Position numbers and translations under genes: made by a program | Notes under the pieces: generated by a model | What the model was told of the DNA's origin: nothing | What the model saw: only the letters and a program-made list of their open reading frames with translations | Databases searched by the model: none | Origin: an uncultured cyanobacterium | Lineage (GTDB): Bacteria; Cyanobacteriota; Cyanobacteriia; Cyanobacteriales; Nostocaceae | Reading direction: 5' to 3' | Length of the DNA: 64,000 nucleotides | NCBI GenBank assembly: GCA_963706595.1 | Contig: OY970166.1 | Coordinates: 5,440,001 to 5,504,000, forward strand | Shown: piece by piece, positions 53,312 to 64,000 of the stretch | Position numbering within the stretch: the first letter of the stretch is position 1 | Layout: each line of letters begins with the position of its first letter

Positions 53312-54427
53312 TTACAAGCCAGTCACTCCACGGAGATACCGTCGGGACATGAGGGCATATTCTAAAGGCTCACGTAAAGGCTTAATTTTGGTATTGCTGG
53401 GATCTTGTTCTGCTTCTACCATTAACCAGCCTTGATACTTAACTTCGGCTAGTTTAGTTAAAATGCTCTTAAAGTCAATGATTCCATTTTTATCCCCAGG
53501 AACTGTAAAAACTCCAGAGCGAATTGCACTTAAAAAGCTGAGTTGCTTTTGTTTTGCTTCGTCCAAGATATTTTGACGAATATTTTTGAGGTGAACGTGC
53601 TTAATGCGGCTACCATAGGTGCTAATCAAATCCAAAATTTCATCTTGGGTAACACCTGAATAGTAAAGATGGCCAGTATCAAGTAGTAGGTTCACATTGT
53701 GATCTTTTGTTCCTGCCATGAGACGATCAATATCTGCGCGGATTTCTACTCCCGTGCCGACGTGGGGATGGTAACACAAGATCATGCCATTGGCAAAGGC
53801 TTGATCTCCTAGAGAATTTAAGCCATCAATCAAGAGTTGCCATTGTTCATCAGTAAACTGGGGACGATTATTTAAGGGTTCAATGGGTTGTTGATGGACA
53901 GCCCCTCCGAGTTCGGCAACGACAATTGCTTTACTATCAAAATTCTTCATGAACGCCATCTGATCCTCGAAGATTTTTTGGCTATCTTCTTTCGCTCCGA
54001 TGGTGAAGAAAGTCCCAACCCAGGGTTCAGAAATTGTTAAACCCCTAACTTCTAGGTCTTTTTTTAATGTAGCGATGTCTTTGGGAAATTTAGGAGCGCC
54101 TTGAAGACCTTGAAACCCTGCTAGGGCAATTTCACTGATAATCTGTTTGTAGGAGATGGGAGGATTGAGATCCATTGTGAGATCATCACTGTTACTCCAA
54201 CCTGTAGGGGTAATACCTAAACGGACTTCTTCTGGATTAAAAAGGGGAGTGTTAGGAACTCTTTTGACTTCAGCATTAGCAGGAAGTGTGCTAGTGATTC
54301 CCATGAGAATCACTATGAATAGGGAAATCAATAAACGACTGATTTGTTTACAAAGGGATTTTATCCCATTGGGAAAAGTCGCAGAAATTTGTACTTGTGT
54401 TTTGATTTTTTCGGAGCTTTGTATCAC
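53312..54427 (-). CDS. IolE (myo-inosose-2 dehydratase)-like TIM barrel with N-terminal signal peptide
   Basis: LGITPTGWSNSD, YHPHVGT, LLDTGH, HVHLK, FTVPGD and GWLMVEAEQDP motifs. Confidence 0.82.
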   Translation of the reverse strand: MIQSSEKIKTQVQISATFPNGIKSLCKQISRLLISLFIVILMGITSTLPANAEVKRVPNTPLFNPEEVRLGITPTGWSNSDDLTMDLNPPISYKQIISEIALAGFQGLQGAPKFPKDIATLKKDLEVRGLTISEPWVGTFFTIGAKEDSQKIFEDQMAFMKNFDSKAIVVAELGGAVHQQPIEPLNNRPQFTDEQWQLLIDGLNSLGDQAFANGMILCYHPHVGTGVEIRADIDRLMAGTKDHNVNLLLDTGHLYYSGVTQDEILDLISTYGSRIKHVHLKNIRQNILDEAKQKQLSFLSAIRSGVFTVPGDKNGIIDFKSILTKLAEVKYQGWLMVEAEQDPSNTKIKPLREPLEYALMSRRYLRGVTGL

Positions 54428-54494
54428 GAGAATTCCTCTGTTTTTTTTATTCTGAACAATTTATTTCTTTACTTAGGAATTAACCATTTTTGTG

Positions 54495-54624
54495 TAAGTA
54501 AGTCGGCGTGAAAATTTCGATGTATGTCATTGCGAGTGGAACGCAGTGGAATGAAGCAATCGCAAGGCTTTTGGGAGTTTTACATTCTGTTACATAATTG
54601 GGTTTATTTGCGCCGACTTACTTA
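54495..54624. mobile_element. 130-bp MITE-like element with 14-bp perfect TIRs (TAAGTAAGTCGGCG)
   Basis: TIRs visible; partial second copy at 29773-29859. Confidence 0.75.
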
Positions 54625-54638
54625 ATGTTGCAGGAGTA

Positions 54639-54774
54639 TATAGCAATCCTATTTGAGTTGTGAGAAATCCGGGATAAGTGATTTACTCAGGTGAGGATAC
54701 TCAAAACCTTAGCCAGATAGACTTACGGTGATACCATCTATGCTCTGGTTTGATCATCAAATAGGGTTGCTATA
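54639..54774. repeat. TATAGCAA.CCTATTTGA-bounded element
   Basis: About 18-bp near-perfect TIRs. Confidence 0.7.
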
Positions 54775-54826
54775 CCAGAAAGATTTTCCTAACTATCCCG
54801 TTCCTGACGATATGTTAACTATGAGC

Positions 54827-55507
54827 CTATTGATAAGCCCCAAATTGAGCGACATTTCCGTTATATACGGTATCATTAGGCATTCTGGCACGAAACAAAT
54901 CGGCATCAATGAAGTTAGTCTTCGTCAGAGTAGCCCCTGATAATCTGACATTTCTCAGGACAGCATCAGCAAAATCTGCACCATCTAACTTAGAGCTAGA
55001 TAGAAATGCGTTGGTGAAATTTGCTTCCTTGGCGATCGCATCGGAAAAATTTGCACCAGAGGCGATCGCATATTCTAGAACAGACCCTGTGAGATTCGCC
55101 CCTGACAAGTTAACTCCTGCCATCTCTGCATTACCCAATTGAGCATTTGTGAGATTGGCGTTAGTTAAAATGGCGTTGTTTAACCTGATTCCTAAAAGGC
55201 TGGCTCCCGATAGATTCGCTCCTGTCAGATTTGCTTCATCTAGCTTGGCTTCATTCAGCAAAGTATTCGATAGATTAGCCCCTGTGAGATTTGCTTTCAG
55301 GAGAGCGCTACCATACAAATCTTTATTCGATAAATCCACTCCCGACAGATCACAGCTATTACACTCGTTTGTTTCAAGTAAATGAGCAAGAGCAAGACGG
55401 CTATTAGTAGCAACAAAGGCATTAGCAGGTAAACTAAACAGCGTTAAACTCAGAACAATTGTCAGAACAAAAGCAGAAAGTCCACGAAACCAAAGTTTAA
55501 TATTCAT
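54827..55507 (-). CDS. Exported pentapeptide-repeat protein
   Basis: Signal peptide ending PANA; CNSCDLS; A(N/D)LxG repeats. Confidence 0.9.
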   Translation of the reverse strand: MNIKLWFRGLSAFVLTIVLSLTLFSLPANAFVATNSRLALAHLLETNECNSCDLSGVDLSNKDLYGSALLKANLTGANLSNTLLNEAKLDEANLTGANLSGASLLGIRLNNAILTNANLTNAQLGNAEMAGVNLSGANLTGSVLEYAIASGANFSDAIAKEANFTNAFLSSSKLDGADFADAVLRNVRLSGATLTKTNFIDADLFRARMPNDTVYNGNVAQFGAYQ

Positions 55508-55550
55508 GTTGTATCTCCATTAAAATTGTTTTCTAGCAATTAAGTTGTGA

Positions 55551-56039
55551 TTAACTCAAACTAACTGAAGGAGGCTCACTCCAAGTCCCATAACCAGGTG
55601 CTTTCGCTCCAGGAGGATTAACCCCAATAGCCCGCCAGACAAGTCCTTCGGGATAGGCTTGGGGACTGGGAATAAAAGGGCTATTTGTTTGGTCAATTCC
55701 ATACCAGGACTCCAAAGACTTGGGAAGTTTATCCCAGGTAGCTGTATACCACAGCTTGATGATGTTGCGAGCAACAGGTCCTAGTGTGGCAGAAGTGAGA
55801 ATTTCCGAACGTAATCCCTCAGTTAAAATTGTGGGATTATGTTTCTTGTTTGCACTCTTATCAAACTTATGAAAGGTTTCTAGCAATTCTGTCAATATTT
55901 TCTCACCAATCATGTTCAGAACGGTGTCAAAGTAAAGTTCAGCTTGTCCAGTTCCTTCAAGGTCAAACCGAGAAAATCCTGTTACCTCTGCTGATAAATC
56001 CAGGAAATACCCCATGAATTCAGGTGTCTTAATACTCAC
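55551..56039 (-). CDS. Small-subunit-like partner of GMC dehydrogenases (FAD-SLDH family)
   Basis: FLDLSAEVTG, ARNIIKLWYT and GLVW.AIG..PPG..PGYGTW motifs. Confidence 0.75.
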   Translation of the reverse strand: MSIKTPEFMGYFLDLSAEVTGFSRFDLEGTGQAELYFDTVLNMIGEKILTELLETFHKFDKSANKKHNPTILTEGLRSEILTSATLGPVARNIIKLWYTATWDKLPKSLESWYGIDQTNSPFIPSPQAYPEGLVWRAIGVNPPGAKAPGYGTWSEPPSVSLS

Positions 56040-56106
56040 TCGTTATTTACCTCCACAAAGTTTCTAGGTTTTTATTTCTAGGTTTTTGAGTCCCAACTTT
56101 TGCTCT

Positions 56107-57222
56107 TTACTCAAACTTATAAATCGGACCTGCATTAACACCACTCAGTCCAGGAATGGGGTTACGAATCAGACTATTAGCTAATTCCTTGAGTCGGAAC
56201 ATACTTCCCACCGCAGGAAGCAACTGTTCAGGATGACCATTAAAGGAATATTCAATCTCTGCAAGAAACCTGCTGTAAGCTTGCTGGAACTCCAGTGCGT
56301 GAGCATATAATTCTGAATCTGCGTCACAATAATTTCTCAGCTTACTCAGAGTCAGATTCTCCATGACGGGATAAACAGCGCCCCAATCTACAGTAATATC
56401 TTCGCCTGTAGGATAATCAGGCTGATCTGAGTTCATTGGATCTTCCTTGTCTATCACATAGTAGCGACCCTTCAGTAGTTGCTGGAAACGATAGTAATGA
56501 GAAAGTTCTTTTTCAGAATCATAGATCGTTGTAGTTCCAGACCCTTCACCTTGGGTTTGAATTATATACAATGCTTTGATAGCAGAGTCAAGATCCGTCA
56601 CCTTGACGATATCTCCCGCACCATCATAGTAATATTCAGGGGTAATTTGCTTTTTAGGATCACCAATGAAGAGATTCTTACCTTCTTTCTTATAGTGTTT
56701 ATCGAGTGCCTTTAAGCCCCGAATCACCTCTGTATAGAACAATCCAATGGTGTGATAGCTCAGGTTGTCATTTCTACCAGCAAGTCTTAAAAAATTGTGT
56801 CTTCTTGTTTGTCTGGTTCGAGATTCTACTAATGGTGCATTCTCATCTACATGATGAGAACGTTCAATCTTGAGAAATGTCTCTATTGTTTCTTGGGAAA
56901 ACTTGCCGACATTAACTTCAAAGTCATCTTCTCTCGTAGGTAAGTAAGTCGGGTATGTGGGAACAAAGTCAGGATTGGTCAAAACTCCTTGGATATCTCC
57001 TCCCACCGCATTAAACACATTGGCTACTAGAGTGAGATGGAGCATTTCCTCCACAGCAATAGTGCGAATAAAGTGGAAAGCCTCCAGATTTGAGCCTGGC
57101 TTCAGGGAATAAAGGGCAGTCAGATAAGGGGGAAGGGTTGCGTGTTCTATCATCATGCCCTGGATGAGATAGTAATGCAGGTCTTCAACCGTTGTAATCA
57201 ACTCTAAACTATCAATCATCAA
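56107..57222 (-). CDS. Ferritin-like domain protein (VioB/RebD C-terminal-type)
   Basis: IEHATLPPYLTALYSL, VEEMLHL, QGEG and SHYYRF motifs. Confidence 0.8.
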   Translation of the reverse strand: MMIDSLELITTVEDLHYYLIQGMMIEHATLPPYLTALYSLKPGSNLEAFHFIRTIAVEEMLHLTLVANVFNAVGGDIQGVLTNPDFVPTYPTYLPTREDDFEVNVGKFSQETIETFLKIERSHHVDENAPLVESRTRQTRRHNFLRLAGRNDNLSYHTIGLFYTEVIRGLKALDKHYKKEGKNLFIGDPKKQITPEYYYDGAGDIVKVTDLDSAIKALYIIQTQGEGSGTTTIYDSEKELSHYYRFQQLLKGRYYVIDKEDPMNSDQPDYPTGEDITVDWGAVYPVMENLTLSKLRNYCDADSELYAHALEFQQAYSRFLAEIEYSFNGHPEQLLPAVGSMFRLKELANSLIRNPIPGLSGVNAGPIYKFE

Positions 57223-57283
57223 ATACCTCTGCTGACAATATTTTCAAAAGTTGTATAATCAGTGCGCTTTGTTGTTTTTACTT

Positions 57284-59141
57284 TTAGGCATAGACAAGTT
57301 TAGATGCAATATCTAATTCTTTAAGCATCTCCTCAGTAGCCATGTAAGTTAGAGCAGCAATACTCAATGTAGTATTAGAACTACCAATGGAGGGCATACT
57401 TCCTGCACCAACCATGTAAAGATTCTGATGATCCCAAGAACGCATATATTTATCAACAACCGAGTTGTATTTAGTCGTTCCCATGACGTGAGTTTCCGGA
57501 AAAGTGATTTCCTCCTCGGAACCAGTAGCCTTCACCCTCATACTCAAAATAGGCCGGGTCTGTGTCATCGTAGTGGGTATGATCTTCCGCACCTAAATGA
57601 TTGAAAATAGTCTTGGAGAGATTTCGGGCGTAAGCAAAGGTTTTTTTGCAATAATCAGGTAGGTCAAAATGAATCACGGGACGATAATTACCCAATTGAT
57701 CTTTATATCGGGGATCAATGGTAACTCGATTATTGTAATCGGCGGGTAACTCGCACATGAAGGCTAATAGTAATTGCCGTGATATCTTGGTGATTAGTTC
57801 TTTACGTAGTTCAGCACCATACATATTGCCTTTTTCTACAGCATCTCTCACTATGTCAGTAGCGCCTGTTCCTGACCATCCCCAACCATCATTATGGATA
57901 TCCATCGCAAATGTGCATTGGTTGTGACGAAACTTACCTTTACGGAAAGTCCCGATTCCTGATGTCACTAGGGGTCCTCGCATTGTCCCAGTCACTTCCG
58001 GCATCAAAGCCCAAGCTAAGAGGAAAGGATGATCCATAAGATTGCGTCCCATCAGATCATTACTACTCTTCAAATCGGAAGCAAGCATTAGCTTGGCATT
58101 TTCGACTGCATGGGCAGCTAAGACAAATAAAGTACCTTTGGCAATACCAACGGTATGGGTAGGAGAGTTCTTATCTTGATAGTGCTTGTAGTGAATAGCG
58201 GTAACACGACCGTTATCGGGATCAACTTCTACCTTATAGGCTACAGCCTGGGCAAGTAAATCTACTCGATCAGGAAAAGCTATGGTATTTAAGGTTTTGC
58301 GGGCATCATACTTCGCTTGCACTGGACAGATAGGTACACAGTTCGCGTTACCTTGGCAACGTTCCCCATACTCTACAGGTTTGACACTGGCCACGCCATC
58401 AGGAACAAAGCGATTATCAGCTTTATGTCCGTACTCGTTGTACTGGGGATTAGGTATACTATTGCGACCTTGGGGAAAGGTACTGAGTTCTAATTTAATA
58501 GTCTCGCCCTCAAGTTCGACGGTAGCTCCATTCAGTCCCTCAGTAACTTTCTTATCCAAGTAAGAAGGAGGAAGCTCAAGCATAGGGAAAACATAGCCAT
58601 CTTTAAAGGGGACACCTAGACCTTTTTGTCCTTCTACGTCTCCAGAAACCCCCATTTCATACTCCGCTTGGCGGTAGTAGGGCATGATTTCTTCATACTT
58701 GATTGGCCAGTCAAGACCTTTTCCATATTTAGTTTGTAATTCAAAATCTTCGGGTAACATTCGGATGGTTTTCCCTTCCCAGTGCATGGTAGTTCCACCC
58801 AATACCCTTGTATAAGAACCACTCAGAGGTAATGGTCCTTTTTCTTCAAAATAATGATTAGCGCCATCAGTGGGGCTAAGGGCATTGCGGTTTACGGGAT
58901 AAGGGGAGTTGGCATTTTTGTCTACTGCGCCATAGAAGGTATCAACGTGACTTTGAAAGCCCTCAAGGGTTAAACCATAACCAGTTCCCGCTTCCAGGAT
59001 TAAAACTCGCTTTCCCTGTTCACTAAGTTGTTTGGCAACAATGGCTCCAGCTACTCCCGCTCCGACTATGACTACATCGTAAAAGGTTTGAGAAACAGTC
59101 TCACAAGTGACTAATTTTATCGTAGTCCGACTTTGGCTCAT
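57284..59141 (-). pseudogene. GMC-family FAD oxidoreductase split by a +1 frameshift at about 57493-57495 (or a sequencing error)
   Basis: GAGVAG, GGTTMHW, CQGNANCVPICP and GRNLMDH in the first frame; THVMGT...NLYMVGAG...SNTTL in the second frame. Confidence 0.85.
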
Positions 59142-59768
59142 ATATTACTCCTTAGCACGTATTTAATTGACCCAATGGTGTCAGGAACTTTCCCGTCAGT
59201 AATGTATCAAGCATCAATGTGGTTAGTCAACACTTAGTAGATAATTGTTTTATACACTTGATTGTAAAGGATTTGTGGCTCAACAATGTATTTAATATTG
59301 GGTTAATATCAGTAAATACTTGGTTAATACTTAGTAAATGTTCCGTAATTTTTCTGAATAAATCTGTTGAAATATAAGCAAATTGTGCGATTTTAACGGG
59401 ATTATTGAATATTTCATAAGCTTTATTGATATTTTAGTGGTAATTAGTAATATTTAGTAATATTTAGTAATATTATGCCAAAAATCTTAGTATTCTGCAT
59501 GAAAAAACAGAAGATAAGCTAAAGATAAGAGTAATCTTCGGAAATATGTGTATTGTTCAGTATTTGCAGTTAGATTTCTCTCTGCCAGTGAACTATAATG
59601 TCAGTATTATTGCTATAAAGTTAGAAGCAACTTGAAGATTAGTATAGTAACCGGATTTAATGTATGAGTTAATTGACGTAGAGATAGTGGGAAAAGCAGG
59701 ATAGATAACTACTGAGTTTGGTATGGACACACCACACCAGCTATAAATAACCAAATAGGAGTCCTAAT

Positions 59769-60470
59769 ATGTTACAAAATTTTTCTGAAGAAACAAGAGC
59801 CTTATTCCGTAAAGAAATACAAGAATATGGATTTATGAAGGATGAATTAGTTGGTAGAGACATTGACAGGGAAGTTTACGGAGTGAATATTGCCTGTGCT
59901 TGGCCTCTTCCTACGGAAATCAGGGAAATTTATGAGGAAATGTCTGAGAAATTGCAAGAATTAGAATGTGCTTATATATATCCATATACCCAAACACACA
60001 TTACAATCGTAACAGTTATTAACTTTAAAAAAAGGCTGAATAAAATTAAAAAATACTTAGATGCTGAGATATTAAAACTGTTAAAGATGAGAATAGAAAA
60101 TATAGTACAGCACAAGCCAATTAAAATATTTATTGATTCTCCAGTATTATTAAGGTCTGCTGCATTCTTCCCCGTATACAATCCTGGTGGAGAAATATAT
60201 GAAATACGAAAAGAAGCTCTGAATATTTTAAAAGGTGATAACAGAGATTATGATTTAGATACGCCAATATCCATTCATTCAACAATTTTACGCTTCCAGG
60301 AAGTTCCTACAGATAGTGAAAAGTTTCTTCATAGATTTGAAGAAATTACCAAAAATTTCTCTGTGGTGGAAGGAATAGTGAGGGAAGTGTATGTAACGGA
60401 GGAGTTAAAGCCTTACATGAAACAGGGAAGTATTTTAGAAAAAATTGACTGCGGAAACTTGGCTTTGTAA
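59769..60470 (+). CDS. 2H-superfamily phosphoesterase-like protein
   Basis: Two Hx(T/S) motifs (THITI, IHSTI) about 90 aa apart; AGGAG RBS. Confidence 0.65.
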   Translation: MLQNFSEETRALFRKEIQEYGFMKDELVGRDIDREVYGVNIACAWPLPTEIREIYEEMSEKLQELECAYIYPYTQTHITIVTVINFKKRLNKIKKYLDAEILKLLKMRIENIVQHKPIKIFIDSPVLLRSAAFFPVYNPGGEIYEIRKEALNILKGDNRDYDLDTPISIHSTILRFQEVPTDSEKFLHRFEEITKNFSVVEGIVREVYVTEELKPYMKQGSILEKIDCGNLAL

Positions 60471-60650
60471 AGCTCTAATTTTTCATGACTGAAGATAATA
60501 ATTAAATCTAGTTCGCAGTTGTTCTATTGTTAAATCTTCAATCCAATACTCTATTAAAGCATGACCAAACGCCCAAGCATTGCGATCTGGTGTAGAAGGG
60601 TTTTCTAACAACTTAGTGACAGAATAGGGATATAACCTAAGCATAAAAAC

Positions 60651-60681
60651 AAACCCCCTCATGATAGTAATGAGAGGGTTT
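60651..60681 (-). terminator. Intrinsic terminator of the rRNA operon (probably bidirectional)
   Basis: AAACCCCCTCAT/ATGAGAGGGTTT stem flanked by A and T tracts, downstream of 5S. Confidence 0.75.
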
Positions 60682-60701
60682 ATTTTTATTCAATTGATAA
60701 A

Positions 60702-60819
60702 CCTGGCATCGAGCTATTTTTGCAGAGGGCTACCCCAAAACTATCGTCGCCGCAGCAGCGTTTCACCTCTGAGTTCGGGAAGGGATCAGTGTGGTTCCAC
60801 CGCGCAATAAACACCAGGA
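60702..60819 (-). rRNA. rrf: 5S rRNA
   Basis: Minus strand TCCTGGTG...GGAACCACACTGATCCCTTCCCGAACTCAG...GCCAGG, ~118 nt. Confidence 0.95.
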
Positions 60820-60945
60820 AAGAATTCAAAATTCAAAATTCAAAATTCAAAATAGAATCAGGAATTTTCAATTCGAGGGTTTCAGAAACCCTGAAGGCTG
60901 CACAGTAACGCGAAATAATGAGCAATTCACACAAGCAATGATCTG

Positions 60946-63773
<2,828 letters not shown>

Positions 63774-63912
63774 ACTTTTTCATTGGTGTTTTTCTGCAAA
63801 CTTTTTTTCGTTCTGTTTACTTCTTTCTTTGCACTGATTTTACTCAGCACTCATCAAAGAAGCAATCAGGACTCCAATTCGTCTGCCTGCTTTTTTTCGC
63901 GTTACTATGCAG

Positions 63913-63974
63913 TTTTCAAGGTTCTGGCTGGATAAATACCCAGCAGTTCGATTGTACAAGACAATCAATTGCTG
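63913..63974 (-). promoter_or_regulatory. 16S-23S ITS antitermination BoxB hairpin and BoxA (GAACCTTGAAAA)
   Basis: CAGCA...TGCTG helix followed by the cyanobacterial BoxA consensus. Confidence 0.8.
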
Positions 63975-64000
63975 AATTTCTATTCCAATTAAAAATTGAG

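Noticed and set aside
56107..57222. Violacein/indolocarbazole biosynthesis
   Set aside because: Only the ferritin-like domain is present; no tryptophan oxidase or full-length VioB/RebD
57284..57592. Independent 102-aa gene
   Set aside because: Its C-terminal ~70 aa are the missing end of the upstream GMC oxidoreductase; the N-terminal part is off-frame sequence
45290..59141. Recent horizontally acquired island or prophage
   Set aside because: No integrase, att-like repeats or phage genes seen; several HIP1 sites and host-type repeats occur inside it

Overview
This is a chromosomal window from a heterocyst-forming (Nostoc/Anabaena-type) cyanobacterium, judged from abundant HIP1 octamers (GCGATCGC), STRR heptamer arrays, gene content and the rRNA/ITS. 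In order it holds: the end of an arsenic-resistance operon (gap-arsJ-acr3-arsH); cobalamin genes (cobG-cobH-cobI behind a B12 riboswitch, cobL, and later cbiG-cobJ); a divergent sucrose synthase plus a GH65/beta-PGM fusion; the phylloquinone genes (menF, menA, menC, menE and a DHNA-CoA thioesterase); an APH-kinase/HopA1 pair with an unannotated 31-codon upstream ORF (RiPP dehydratase-like); a Shango-like TerB-C + DUF2791 ATPase pair lacking its helicase, followed by decayed toxin-antitoxin cassettes; gor-prx/perR; a three-gene signalling cluster containing a DXCF cyanobacteriochrome kinase; hisG; a 14-kb minus-strand cluster of ten redox and sugar-modifying genes; an orphan 2H phosphoesterase; and the 5S/23S end of an rRNA operon. 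The 14-kb cluster comprises a frameshifted GMC oxidoreductase, a ferritin-like protein, an SLDH small subunit, a pentapeptide protein, an exported IolE-like protein, a SnoaL protein, an epimerase, an AA5 copper radical oxidase, a DyP peroxidase and a GH63. It is the best candidate for an uncharacterised system, followed by the kinase/HopA1/peptide locus. All family calls come from recognising motifs by eye; no searches were run.
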